Shown here: piece by piece, positions 1 to 15,037 of the stretch
How the letters are laid out: each line of letters begins with the position of its first letter
How positions within the stretch are numbered: the first letter of the stretch is position 1
DNA from: Eledone cirrhosa
Taxonomy: Eukaryota
Length of the DNA: 64,000 nucleotides
Assembly: GCA_964016885.1 (NCBI GenBank)
Contig: CAXHJY010000689.1
Span: 62,001 to 126,000, forward strand
Reading direction: 5' to 3'
The notes under the pieces: model-generated
The model's input: the letters and a program-made list of their open reading frames with translations, nothing else
Told to the model about the DNA's origin: nothing
The model's database searches: none
Made by a program: the position numbers and the translations under genes

Positions 1-152
1 GCTATTACTGGTACTCATTTTCAGCTGAGTATACTGGAGCAACGTGAAATGAAGTGTTTTGCTCAAGAACACAACACGCAACCCAGGAATCGAGCCCACG
101 ATATTATGATCGTTAAGTCCAACACCCTTACCACTAGGCCACGTGCCTCCAC
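1..152 (-). mobile_element. tRNA-derived SINE, family 1 (CORE-like centre)
   Basis: Minus strand reads gtggaggcacgtggcctagtggtaagggtgttggac...gggctcgattcc (A/B-box-like), then gtgttcttgagcaaaacacttcatttcacgttgctccag. Near-identical copy at 34741-34875; others at about 715-790, 6415-6535, 12300-12420, 28175-28270, 44910-45033 and 45094-45240. Confidence 0.8.
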
Positions 153-157
153 TTGTT

Positions 158-428
<271 letters not shown>

Positions 429-477
429 TATTATAGAATACTGTTGGCTTCTTGCTACAATAATTTCTATACTTTTC

Positions 478-540
<63 letters not shown>

Positions 541-1059
541 GTTTTACTAGTTTCCGTAACGTAAGACATTTCCTACTATATTAAACTTGAAGCTGATATA
601 TATCTTTTTGTAATTCATCGTCTGTTATGCTTTTTCTGTTAACTTTTCGGATATATATCTGTGTGTGCGTGTTAAACCTCCATCTACTGCTAGTACACAC
701 TTTCAGCATATATAATGGAGCAAGGGGGAATGAAGTATTTTGCTCAAGAACACAACACACAACCTGTTCAGAAAGATAGCTAATCACAATATTGTAGTTT
801 TTCTGGTTGAGTTGTTATGTGTTGTCTCTGAGCTAATGGTAATTGTGATGGCTGAATACTGTGCCTAGTGGTATTGTGATATAGTGTTGAGGATAGTTCT
901 GCTGGTGGTGGTGGTGGTGCAGGCTTTAGTGACGTTATCTATGTGTTATCTGTGATAGAGCTGATATTGGTATGGCCTGTGAGTTCTCTTTGTAATGGTG
1001 TTGGAAGTGTCGTTGACTACCAGTGCAGTCTAAAGTGGTATTAATGCTGTTTGCTGTGT

Positions 1060-1355
1060 GCAGTGTAAAGTGGTGTTAATGGTGTTTGTTGTGTACTGCT
1101 GATGGTGTCAGCTGAATGTATTGTATGTTGTGATGTTGATGATGTTAGCTGAATGTATTGTATGTTGTGATGCTGGTGGTGTTGGCTGCGTGTACTCTAT
1201 GTTGTGATGTTGATTATGTTGGTTATGTGTACTTTACGTTGTGATGCTGATGGTGTTGGCTAAATTTATTGTGTTGTGATGCTGATAGTGTTGGTTATGT
1301 GTACTCTATGTTGTGATGCTGATGGTGTTGGCTATGTGTACTGGCTGTTGTGATG
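1060..1355. repeat. Degenerate minisatellite, about 37 bp unit
   Basis: Repeated gtgttggctatgtgtactctatgttgtgatgctgatg-like units, about 8 copies. Confidence 0.8.
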
Positions 1356-2037
1356 GCTGCAGTAATGCTGGCGAAGCTTTAATGATGTGAGAATTGGCAT
1401 TGCTGACGGAAAAGAACTGAAGGGAGAAACAGTTGATGTATGAATATAGTAATTAGAGAGGGGTGTTGTGTTATGTGTGGGGACGATGTCGATGAAGCAT
1501 GTTAATATTATCACTGGTCTCATAGTGAGGTGGTGGCTCTGGTGATGATGAGGTGTGATGGTTATGAATGTAGTTATGAATAATTGGCAATGATTGTCTT
1601 TGTGTAACCTCAGGTCGGCCATGAGCTAGTAGTTCTAGATGTGGCCAAAACATTTTTCTAAATTTTAGACGTACTATATTTAGGACTGTATTATCCAATG
1701 TGTCCTTTCATATAGGGTATGATGTGAAGGGGATTTGTCTACTGTGCTGGTTGTGTTGTTATTCTTGTTTTTATGTCTTTCTACTTTGAAGATAGTAATT
1801 TAATTTGAAGGGAATTAATTCCATTGCTAGTTCCAGCTAGTTGAACGACTACATAGTGGATCTATCGTTGGCTAATAGTCGTAGTGTTACTCTTGTTGAT
1901 GTTGTTCTTTTGCCCCAACGTCAGCCTTAATTGAGATGACCTATGATCAAATCATTCCAGCCATGACCACACTGTCTTTTTAGATGAGGTTCTTCGGACT
2001 ATATATTCTAATACTATCGTTAATAGGAAGCATTGTG

Positions 2038-2335
2038 AGATATGTAATACATGACTGATAAGTTTCAGAAAGCCGGTGGTAGAAATATCTAAAAAGCAAA
2101 GGATGGCGAATAAAACAAAACAAAGTAATGTTTACCCAGTATATTTCATCATGATATTTCAGGGCCATCACTCTCTTTTCAAAGAACGAAAAGGAAAATA
2201 GCCCTGAAATATCATGTTGAAATATACTGAGTAAAACATTCCTTTTTGTTTTATTTGTCACCCTTTTCCCTTTATATATTTGTACTGCATTGTACCGGCT
2301 TTTTAAAACTTATCACTCATTTTATTATATAATCT
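2038..2335. mobile_element. Palindromic fold-back MITE
   Basis: The left half (...cccagtatatttcatcatgatatttcagggc) is the imperfect reverse complement of the right half (gccctgaaatatcatgttgaaatatactgag...). A half copy lies at about 27295-27440. Confidence 0.7.
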
Positions 2336-2504
2336 AACGTATTTCTGTCCCTTTTCTAAAGATAGAAGAGGTCGATCTGATAGAAATTTGACTGCTATTT
2401 CTAATCGCATGGGTGACAATATGGAAGCTCATTCATTGGCTCGATTGAGGTGAAGTTCTTGGTGGTGTTGATGGTGGTTGTGTTGGGTGTCATGTTCTAT
2501 ATAT

Positions 2505-2840
2505 TTATGGTGGATGCAGCATAATAGTTTGCTTCACAAGCATTAAATCACGTGTTCGATCTCAATTCGTGACATCTTCGGCAAAATGCCTTTTACCATA
2601 GCCTCAGGTCGCCCCATGGCTTGTGAGTGAAATTGTTTGGAAACCCATCGGATGGATTGTACTTGTAATTCAATGGCTTACTTTGTCAGACATTGTTTCA
2701 CGCTGAATCTCTCTGAAAATTTAGTTAGTGGTTCACGTATCTGTGGAATTGTCAGCCACCGACATGTAGAATTTCACGAGCAGGCAATTCCGTTGATCGA
2801 ACAACTAGAATAATCATCGTTGAAATCGATGGGGTTCCAT
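2505..2840 (+). mobile_element. Diverged SINE-like dispersed repeat (family 3)
   Basis: tRNA-like head (gtgttcgatctc), then ggcaa...tatagcctcagg...ttgtgagtgaaatt and a tail (ctgaatctc...ctcagccacttgcacgttaatttcacgagca) that recurs at about 3130-3320, 5545-5775, 12430-12590, 26750-27030, 28280-28445 and 40965-41150. Confidence 0.6.
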
Positions 2841-3649
2841 TCCATACTCTACCAAGTCAGTATATGATATAGACTACATACATAAACACCACAGTATCCA
2901 CATCTATGATATTGATATCTATAATATATGATATATTATCCATAATATGAAGAATGTCGGATAGAGTGTTTTGTGGTATTTGTTTCGGCAGTCTCTTCTT
3001 TGACTGGTCAACTTTGACTGGTCAATTATATCATATTATAGATATTACATACGTAATATCTATAACATGATATTTACTATACATTATACCAAGTCCATCT
3101 ATTTGGACCTTTGTTAGATCCGATGACGAGTGTTCCATTAGTTTGAAAAACGGAACAGCTCGCTCGTGAAATTAATCTGTAAGTGGCTGAACATTCCACA
3201 AATATAGGTCACACTAAATCTCTCTGAGAATGCTCAGCCATTTGCACGTTAATTTCATGAGCAAGCTGTTCCGTTAATCGAACATCTGGGGCACCTATCG
3301 TTGGAACCGACGGAAGTCCATTGTACTTTCAGTTAGAAGATTACGTAGTAAGAATGTATTAGCGAGAACAAGAGGGTGAGAAGAAGAGAAGTCATGTTTG
3401 TATAGAGAGAAGTAGTCAGTCATTAATGGGTGTCAGTGGAGAGAATGAAATGTTGATGGCCAACGTATGATCACCCCGCCGTCACCACTGCCACTGCCCC
3501 TTAATCAATACTGGAATCTATCCAGTTTATAGGGTGTGTGGTGGTGGTAGTAGTGATGATAATATAGGGAGAGAATCATCTCTTTCTTATTCATCAAAAC
3601 TTACTGTTATTTGTTTTGTTTTTAGAGTTCATTAGTATATAATCAATGA

Positions 3650-4810
3650 GATGGTGGCGGTGGTGCTGGAATTAACGGTAGTGGTAGTGGTGATGGTGGT
3701 AGTAGTGGTGATGGTGGTGGTAGTAGTAGTGGTCGTGGTGGGGATTGTGGTAGTAGTGGTCGTGGTGGTCGTGGTGTTGGTGGGAGTAGTGGTTGTGGTG
3801 ATGGTAGCAGTAGTGGTCGTGGTGATGGTGGTAGTAGAGATAAGTGGTCGTGGTGGTAGAGGTCGTGGTGATGGTGGGAGTAGTGGTTGTGGTGATGGTG
3901 GGAGTAGTGGTCGTGGTGATGGTGGTAGTAGAGATAAGTGGTCGTGGTGGTAGAGGTCGTGGTGATGGTGGGAGTAGTGGTTGTGGTGATGGTGGGAGTA
4001 GTGGTCGTGGTGATGGTGGTAGTAGAGATAAGTGGTCGTGGTGATGGTGGGAGTAGTGGTTGTGGGGATGGTGGGAGTAGTGGTCGTGGTGGTAGTAGAG
4101 ATAAGTGGTCGTGGTGGTAGAGGTCGTGGTGATGGTGGGAGTAGTGGTGATGGTGGCAGTAGTGGTCGTGGTGGTAGTGGTCGTGATGATGGTGGGAGTA
4201 GTGGTTGTGATGATAGTGGCAGTAGTGATAGTGGGGATGGTGGCAGTAGTGGTGGTGGCAATAGCAGTAGTGGTGATAGTACAGTAGTGGTCATGGTGAT
4301 GGTGGCAGTAATGGTTGTTGCCACCGTGGTAGCGTCGCTGAGTTGTTGTTGTTGTGGTGGTGGTGGTAGTTGTTTTGGTGATATTGATGGTAGCTGTTGT
4401 TGTGATGGTGGTTGTTGTTGTTGTAGTAGTTGTTGTGTTGGTGATATTGGTGGTAGTTGTTGTTGTGGCGGTGGTAGTTGTATTGGTGATATTGGTGGTA
4501 GCTGTTGTTGTATTGGTGGTAGTTATTGTAGTGGTGGTGGTGGTGGTTGTTGTTGTTGTAGTGGTAGTTGTTGTGTTGGTGATATTGGTGGTAGATGTTG
4601 TAGTGGTAGTTGTTGTGTTAGTGATATTGGTGGTAGTTGTTGTTGTATTGGTGGTAGTTGTTGTATTTCTGTTGGCGATACTGGTGGTAGTGTTTGTGGT
4701 GATAAAGCTTGTTGTTGTGGTGGTAGTGGTGGTATATGAGGTTGCTTTGAAGGTGATAGTTGTGATGGCGGTGGTTTGTGGTGATGGGAGTAATGTTGGT
4801 GATGACTGTA
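3650..4810. repeat. (GGT/AGT/TGT)n low-complexity tract with internal higher-order repeats
   Basis: GT-rich trinucleotide repeats with a recurring agagataagtggtcgtggt unit. The overlapping ORFs are artefacts. Confidence 0.9.
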
Positions 4811-4989
4811 GGTACTTGGATTCATGCAGATGGAGAGATGATGGGTATGGGATATATGGATGAAAATAAAGTTAAAGGAAAATAGAAAGGAGGGCAGACA
4901 CGTGGTCAAAGTGGAGTGGGAGGGGTGTGGAATAAAAGGAGTGGGTGAAAGGAAAAGGTAAGAAAATGAAAGAAAAATGATGTGATAAG

Positions 4990-5395
4990 ATAATTGTTTC
5001 TACTTTTGGCACAGGGCCAGCAATTACCTCAGTGCATTACTGGTACTTACTTTATTTTATCGACCTCGTAAGGATGAAAGCAAAGTTAACCTCGGCGGGA
5101 TTTGAAATCAGGCCGTAAAGGGACGTAACTCTATGCATCAAAACATGGCGTCCGGCCTCTGCTGATACTGCCAATCCACTGCCCAGTGATAAAATAATTG
5201 TTTCTACTTTAGGCACAAGGCCAGCAATTACCCAGTGCATTACTGGTACTTTATTTTATCGACCCCGTAAGGATGAAAGGCAAAGTCAACCTCGGCGGGA
5301 TTTGAACTCAGATCGTAAAGGGACGTAACTATGCTGGAAAGCATGGCGTCCGACCCTCTACCGATACTGCCAATACACCACCCAGTGATAAAATA
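4990..5395 (-). mobile_element. Tandem pair of tRNA-derived SINEs, family 2 (Meta-domain-like), short subfamily
   Basis: Two about 200 bp copies. Minus strand: tggcagtatcggtagag (A-box-like), gagttcaaatccc (B-box), gactttgcctttcatccttacggggtcgataaaataaagtaccag, then a short (att)n tail. Confidence 0.85.
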
Positions 5396-7047
5396 ATGTT
5401 AGAGGAAAGGGAAAGATGGTTAAGAAAATATTGAAATGAATGGAGCCGAAAAAATATATGTAAAGTGTGAAGATGGAGGAATGAGAGGTGAGAAGAGGAG
5501 GAGGGAAGAAAGGTGAGAGGAAGAGGCAAAAGGGAGTTGAGTGAATCAGGGAGATTCAGCTTGACTCAGTGTGAAAAAAGGCTGGCCTTATGTGTTACAG
5601 GTACAATCCAACAGACGCATTTCCAAATAGTTTCCATCCGCCCTACTTCACACACAAGAAATAGGTCGACTCGAGGTTATGTTAAATGATATTTATCCAA
5701 AACGTCACGCAAAGGGATCGAACTCGGGATCTAACGATTGCGATGCGAACTTCTTACGCAGTCGACCATGCTGCGTTCACTGTAATCCTATACATACCCA
5801 TAAACGGACTGGGTGGCAAGAATACCTTTGGCTATAAGTCTACTCCATTGTGATTGACGAACAATCTCACAAAAAAAAAATTGAATTCGTCTAGATTAGT
5901 TCCACATTCAGCTATGTGGCCACCACTTCCTAATTATTCAACTGTTGTCGTTAGAGATATGTGAAGGTGTGACGTTCATGCCATTTTCGTGGCTATTAGT
6001 TGACGCAGGCTGGTTCGATGTTTAAGAAGTTAGTTTCACGATAATGAGATTCCACTGAATGGCGTCTTGGGCAAGTGTCTTTTCTCTTTTTTTTTTTTTG
6101 TACCACAGCGTAGGGTCAGCCTAAACCCTATGAATGAAATTAAGTAGATGGATACAGTGTGGAAGCCCGTCTTGGTAGTTTGGGACCTCTTGTCCAAAGA
6201 TCCAGTCTCGTCGCGTATTATGTCATAAGGTATCAGCTTCACAATTATGTTAAAGGTTACGCTTTTGTGTGGAATTCTCAGCCACATACACATTAATATA
6301 ACGAGTAGGACGTTCAGTTCATGGAACGACTTAATACTCTCCACACCACCGATGCTGTCCAAGAGAAAGGCAATGGCTGATACAGTTTTATATCAGTGAC
6401 GTCGAAGATTTCTACAGCTGAGTAAACTGGAGCAACGTAAAATAAAGTGTCTTGCGTATCTCCCCGTCCTGGAATCGAACTAACAACCTAACGATTGCAA
6501 GCCCAACACTCTAACCACTAATCCATGCTCCTTCATGCAGGGTATACTGCAGATTATTATCCTGGCTCATGTGCAGGGGCCTTGGTGCCATTTTTTAAAA
6601 TTCTATTTATTTACTCAATGTAAATATTTGCCAAAACATTGACTATTATCTAAATCTTCCTGATGACAGCTTAAGTCTGCTAACACTCAGGTTGATCTAT
6701 CTAAAGTAGATCTTTTAATACCTACAGCAAACAAACCACCAACACCATCCCCATCACCGCCATAACTATCTCTACCATCGCCGCTGCTGCCATCACCATT
6801 TAACTGACCCTATCTCTATATATTTATGTAATTGAATTACTTAAGCGATCTTTTTTATTTTCGTGTTTATTTTGAATTGTAGCTATTATATTTGTTCTTG
6901 TTGTTGGTAGTGGTGCTGGTGAAGATTTATATCGTATATCAACCCGTCTTGCAAGCAAATGCATATATCATCCGGAATATGAGTTTCTCCGTACTTCTTT
7001 CTACTACCTACCTTCAAATCTCTCTACCTATGTATCTACCTACCTAC

Positions 7048-7111
<64 letters not shown>

Positions 7112-7155
7112 GTCCCCTTCTTTTGTGCCCCTGTGGCGAATAAAGAAACATATCT

Positions 7156-7203
<48 letters not shown>

Positions 7204-7711
7204 GTGTGCGTGTGTGTGTGTGTGTATCTCTGTGTGTGTATATGTATCTGTGTATATGTGCATATGTACGTATGTATGTATATATATATTGTGTGTCTGT
7301 GTTACTCTTTATCTATCTGTCATCTTCAATCGAATTTTATCTCGTAATATCTTCGTTATCGTTTGGTTGTTACGCTTCACGTCTCTCTCGTTCGCACTAT
7401 CTTCTTCATCTTCCGGTAGAAAGAAGACTTACTTATTACCTACCAGTCCCAACTGCAATTAGAGAAGGCATGTGGAAGGATAATCAGTTTTACTTAACAG
7501 GATTGTGGTAAAGCGAATTCAAAGATACAGACGTTGTTTTATTTGCCTTCGTTGATTTCAAATCCTATACTGGAACCATGTTTGAAACATCTATAGATAT
7601 ACATGAGAGTGGTGTGAAGTATACGGAAACTTATAGAGTGGAGCGAAACGACAGACAAATTTCCATTTACCGTTAAAGTTACAGCATTTAGCTGTGTATA
7701 TGTGTGTATGT

Positions 7712-8733
<1,022 letters not shown>

Positions 8734-11019
8734 CCAAATAAAGAGATATATGTAACCAAATAAAGAGAAAATAGCTATGTATCGCACCGGAAACATTCTT
8801 CTATAGAATATGTATTTGGTAACCGTAAAAACAAATGTTAGACGCTTCTTTCATTCAACCCCAGTACCACATTAAGTGTGCTCAGCCACTTGCACGTTAA
8901 TATAATAAGCAGTGTGTTCGTTGTTAGAACAACTGGAAGACTCGTGTGGGAACTAACGAAAGATTGAGTCCGATCCAGCTATGATCGATAACCCCATGAT
9001 CAAATCTGATCCAGCATTGGCGAACTCTTTCATTTGTTGTCCAAACATCCAATCCAATCCTCCTATTGGATGAATCCTTCCTCGATTGACCACCGCTTTC
9101 TATTTGGTTTTGGTCATGTCATGGGTCTAGCCGTACTCACCATGATTGGCCAATTATGGGTTGCTGAGGTTATTTAACCCATGGTTGAGGTAGAGGGCTG
9201 TTGACTCTGAGGAGTTCATCTGCCCTTTTTTTCCTCCCATTTAACAGCTTTTGTTTTGTGTGCTGCTGGGGTTCCACTTATTCTTCTGACCAGGCAAGGG
9301 TCTGGTGGGAGAGTCGGTTTAGTCGCTGACCACTCGACGATGAATCAGGTTGTACTGGGTTACATGGTACCAGTATCTGGCAGAAGCCTCACCTGACCAT
9401 AATTATCCAGATGTACATTGTATTAATTGAAAATATTATTCAATTTGTTCTTCATTTTTTAAAACATGAGGATTTGATTTCAAAATAGATTTCACTTCTA
9501 TTTTCAGCATGTCAAGTGAATCACTAATTGTTTTGCGTCATGTTTATGATACCTCAAATAGATGTCGTTAAATAGATATATTTTTAATTGTTCTTAGATG
9601 ATTAAGTAAACAGCTTTTGGTATGTGCTGAGTGTTCATGTTTGTATGTTTTATGTGATTGTGTATTTAAGTTTTTGTGTTTTATCTGTGTTTGTGTATTA
9701 TATCTGTGTGTGTTTTATTATCTGTGATCGTAAATTGTATCTGTGTGTGTGTATTATATCTATGTTTGTGTTTTGTGTCTGTGTATTATATCTGTATATC
9801 TTTTATGCGTTTGTATTTTAACTGTTTGTGTGTTTTAACTATGTTTGTGTATTCTATATGTTTTGTGTATTTATCTGTGTTTGTGTGTTCTATATATGTT
9901 TGTGCGTTTATCTGTTTATCTAATTGTGTACTATATGTATATTTATGAATTATATGTGTCATTTTTAAAAGCACTGATTCATTTGTTTTTGCATGTATTT
10001 GTGCATTTTATGCACATGTATGCGTGTGTCTGAAATCACATCAACGCCTCTACAGTTGAAAATGACAACGGGAAGGTAGCTCGTATTAGGCTGTAAAAGA
10101 ACAACAACTTCCAAGAAAACATACATATTTACAAGGTTAAATTTAATTGAAAATATCTAGCATTGTATAATAAAGTAAAGAAATTCACTATATAAACTTT
10201 ATACTTTGCAATTTGGGTGGAGTTTATAAAATGTGATTTCTAATTTAAGATTAAACCAGCTCCAGTATTTGAGTGGTACTTTACTTTATCGCCACCGGAA
10301 GGTTGAAAAACAAAGTTAACCTCGATAGGATTTGAACTCAGAATGTGAAGAAGCAGAACAAATAACTCAGAAACATTTTATCCGACACTCTACCAATGAA
10401 AACATTCTTCTGCTCACTTGTAAAAACAGGGTATCTTTTTTGAAATGGGAATATTAGCTCCCTGCTCCATTGCTAATAACACATCCCAAAATACATTTTC
10501 ATCAGTTATCATGTTAACTTTCCCATGGTTTTATTTTTCATTTTTTTTGTATTGAAAACAAACGCTAGTGCAATAGTTACAAAGGGTTAAAATATCAGTT
10601 TCAAGTAGGAATCGTAGTTGAGAATGCAATACATACATACTGTAAACTACTTTAACCTTGGCTGCTATAATGAGGGCACTATCACTTGATTTACCATAAA
10701 AGTTAACAGCAATTTTCTGTTGAAATATTGTTTCATGCCAGCTCAGCTCTATTCGAACAAATTTATAATGAAAGACTTTTTATCGGAGACAATCCAATTT
10801 TTCTGAGTGTGTATTTCCGAATAGCATTGCCAAAGCTAGTATCCAATGCTAGATATTCCAATTAAAGTCTAATTTAGGCTAACTGTTATAGTATAAGTGA
10901 CTGTGTAGGCATGGGAATACCAGATCAACTTTGATCCAGCTGATATATGATCGAAAGCAATCCAGCCGTGATCATCTCGTCTTTTTCCATATAGCGTTTC
11001 TTGCATTACATTATTAAAT

Positions 11020-11780
11020 TGGCAGTATCGGTAGAGCGTTGGACAACATGCTTTGTGACATAGTCACGGCCCTTTACGCTCTGAATTCAAATCTCACCGA
11101 GGTTAGCTTTGCTTTTCATCCTTATCCTTACGAGGTCGATCAAATAAAGTATGAGCAACGCACTGGGATTAATTTAATCGAATGTTCCCTCCCCGAAAGT
11201 TGTTTGGCCTTGTGCCTATATCAAAAACAATTATTAGGTGTCTTCTGCTTTTATTAAGACGGTAAGTCGATTCCAGAGATCAATTTAATCAATTATAACT
11301 CTAAACACATCTGGTCTTCTGTCAAATATTAGAAACTATCATTGTTATTATGGAGGTCATAGGTGGGTGGTTGGCAGAATCTTGAGAGCATCAGACCAAA
11401 TTCTTTATCATATCTATTTACTGTCCTGTATGTTCTGAGCTTAATTCCCGTCGATGTCCACTTTGCCTTTCATCCTTTCTGGGTTAATAAAATAAAATAC
11501 CAGTCATGTACTGAATTTGATGTAACCGACTTTCCCCTCCTCTAAATTGTTGACCTTGTGCCTAAATTAGAAATGATTATTATTATGGCGGTGGATTAGC
11601 AGTATCGGTAGAGGGTCGGACGCCATGCTTTCCAGCATAGTTACGTCCCCTTACAATCTGAGTTCAAATCCCGTCGAGGTTGACTTTGCCTTTCATCCTT
11701 ACGGGGTGGATAAAATAAAGTACCAGTAATGCACTGGGTAATTGCTGGCCTTGTGCCTAAAGTAGAAACGATTATTATTA
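11020..11780 (+). mobile_element. Cluster of three family-2 SINEs
   Basis: Copies at about 11020-11237, 11365-11583 and 11587-11780, each with A/B-box-like head and tttgcytttcatcct core. Confidence 0.8.
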
Positions 11781-12670
11781 TGGCAGTATAGTTAAAAGTT
11801 AGCCTGGACTTCGTATTGTTAAGGGTGGGATTTTTAATTCTAATGTCTTAAAAATAGTGTCAGTGCTTGTGTAATTTGTAGCCGTGTTTGTAATGGAGTT
11901 TGTATTGGGCGTGAAAACTTTATTTACGGAAAACAAAACAAAAAAGGCGCCTGAACTTTTGCTCGTAATTGAATGTTATAATAATTTGTGTTTGGGTTGG
12001 CAACAATGATACTTTACTTGTTGTTATCACCCCTAACCACACATGGGTGTGGGAACACAACAGTTTTCATGATTATAGCAAACAATCAAACAACTTTAAA
12101 GAAGCAAAAATAACACCATCTAAAGTTTATTTTTGAGGAGGTGCGAAAAATCTATTAGGAGTGAGATAAAAATAGCGACAGATGACAAATGGTACTGGAG
12201 GAAATAAATGATGAAAACAGTACAAATGATGTAAAGAATAAAAGTTTTCACAGCCAAGGCTATAAACTGAAGTTATACCTATATTAAATTTATCTTATAA
12301 CTTAGTGGATAGGGTGCTGGGCTCACGATCGTAAGGTCGTGGTTTCCATTCCCATATCTGGCGTTGCGGTCCTAGAGCAATACATTATACTTTACGTTGC
12401 TCCAGTCACCTCAAGTAGAAAAAAGAATTGTACCCGAATTTAAGGGGCTAGCCTTGTCACAGACTGTCACACCGATATGAGAACGACGTTAACGGTGTAC
12501 ATATCTGTGGAATGCTCAGCCACTTGCAAGTTAATTTCACGAGTAGGTTGTTGGTTTGTTTGATTCAACTGGAGCTCACATCGGAATGGGGCTCCATAAC
12601 ATTAAAAATTCCTATTATGTGTATCCTCAAATGAAACAGGCTAAATCTGTTCGCATGTGTTCCATAACAG

Positions 12671-12905
12671 GTATCGGCTGCTCTCTGCAAGGATTGTGGT
12701 GGAGACTTCCGGCAGCGGAGCTGTCTACCTGTACTGTCTACCTGCTCCAGAGAGTCTCCCTCGTCGTCATCTGAGGCAATGTTTCCTCCATCTTATCGGC
12801 CGGGACCACGAGGCGAACTGTACCTTAAGATATGCTGTTCGTATACTGTTTTACTTTACGAGTTGAGCAGACTATATGTGTGAATGGGGTTTACAAAAAA
12901 AAAAA
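12671..12905 (+). mobile_element. 3' remnant of a CRE-like (RLE-type) non-LTR retrotransposon
   Basis: Translates ...YLLQRVSLVVI*GNVSSILSAGTTRRTVP*, resembling the C-terminal LxQRxSxAxxRGNA motif of CRE-clade ORFs. A poly(A) follows at about 12895. Homologous to 26551-26745. Confidence 0.65.
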
Positions 12906-13565
12906 GAATAAAAATGAAAACAATTACAATAACAGCAACAAATACTGAAAATATTGGTATGTTCTGTCTGTACATAATTCCTAGTTTTGACTTACACTAT
13001 TCAATTAAAAAACAAACTGTATTAAAACATATACAAATCATTATAACTATTTCATTCACCTTAAGAGACTTTAATATAAATGCTAGACATAAAAAGTATG
13101 TGTTTTATACAGAAAAAAATTATTTCTTTACTTTATTTATAAAGAAATTCATAAGAAATTGAAACAAAATGTTGTTTATAGGGAATATGGCGTTTATCGG
13201 CTCATCAGACTGACATAAGGTGACAAAACTATGTAAATTAGATTTGACGTTATTTCAAACTTGACACTGTACAATCAGACTGGAATATAAATATGTGTGT
13301 GTGTGTGAGTGTGTGTGTTTATTTTTATATATATATACATATGTATATATATATACACACTTACATACAAATGTGTATGTATATACATGTGTATGTATAT
13401 ATATATATATATGAGTGTGTATGTATATATATATGTATATATATGTGTGTGTATATATATATGTGTATATATATACATGTGTATGTATATATATATATAT
13501 ATATATGTGTATATATATATATACATGTGTATATACATGTATATGTATATATATATATACATGTG

Positions 13566-13598
<33 letters not shown>

Positions 13599-13600
<2 letters not shown>

Positions 13601-13815
13601 CGAAGGAAATGTGGTAAGGAACCAGGTGGACCATAACGCACCAAAGTACTCAATACTTGAGGTAGTAGAGTGGGTAATAGGAACCAGTAAGACCCCGACA
13701 GCTGAGCTCAAGCCGTTTCGACGGCTAATTCTGGACTAAATGAAATTTTCATTTAGTCCAGAATTAGCCGTCGAAACGGCTTGAGCTCAGCTGTCGGGGT
13801 CTTACTGGTTCCTAT
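13599..13815 (-). mobile_element. Hairpin+tail cassette, family C (copy 1)
   Basis: Perfect palindrome 13677-13815 (69 bp arms, 1 nt loop) plus a tail of about 80 bp. TA runs on both sides. Confidence 0.85.
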
Positions 13816-13952
13816 ATATATATATATATATATATACAGGTGTATGTATATATATACAGGTGTATGTATATACATGTGTATGTATATATATATATACTTA
13901 TGTGTATGTATATATATATATATATACTTATGTGTATGTATATATATATACT

Positions 13953-14013
<61 letters not shown>

Positions 14014-14139
14014 GGGGGCGGGGGGCGGCACATACACACCACATAAATATTAAGTTGCTACTCAACTGCTGCCGGTGAATTATCGAAATCGAACTCAGAC
14101 AGACGAGTAGAATAATTCCATCGAACAATGTAACAACAC

Positions 14140-14850
14140 TAGCAGCACCACCATCACCACCACCACCACCACTACCATCTCCACCATCACCACCACTACC
14201 ATTACCACCATCACCACCAGTACCATCTCCACCTTCACCACCAGTACCATCACCACCACTACCACCTTCACCATCACCACCACCACCACCTTCACCACCA
14301 CCACCACTACCATCTCCACCAGCACGATCACTACCACCATCATCACCACCACCAACAGCAGCACCACCACCACCAGCATCACCACCACCACCATCACCAC
14401 CAGCATCACCACCACGACCATCTCCACCATCACCACTACCACCACCACAATCACCACCACCATCACAATCACCACCACCACAATCACCACCACCATCACC
14501 ACCACCACCACAATCACCACCACCACCACAATCACCACCACCATCACCACCACCACCACCACCACCACCCAATCACCACCACCACCACCACCACCACCCA
14601 ACCACCACCACCACCACCACCACCACCACCACCACCCAATCACCACCATCATCACCACCACCACCCAATCACCACCACCATCACCACCACCACCACAATC
14701 ACCACCACCACCACCACAATCACCACCACCATCACCACCACCACCATCACCACCACCACCACCACCACCCAATCACCACCATCATCACCACCACCACCAC
14801 AATCATCACCACCACCACCACAATCACCACCATCATCATCAGCAGCACCA
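14140..14850. repeat. (CAC/CAT)n trinucleotide tract
   Basis: Directly visible. Confidence 0.95.
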
Positions 14851-15037
14851 ACTAGGTGAAATATATGTAGAGCAGTGACGTAATGGAAGTAAGCCAGTAT
14901 GTAGCACTAGTGAAGCATGATATAGGGGATATCGATCTTCGATGTCTTGACTGCTGGAGATAACGATCGATAGATATTTGCTTCAAAAACAGTGCAGGTG
15001 GTATGTTGGAAACAGCTGTTTAGAGATAGATAAAGAG

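Noticed and set aside
3632-4909. Gly/Cys-rich and Pro/Thr-rich ORFs resembling keratin-associated or shell proteins
   Set aside because: They lie entirely within GGT/TGT low-complexity repeats, with overlapping frames on both strands and no signal peptide or exon evidence.
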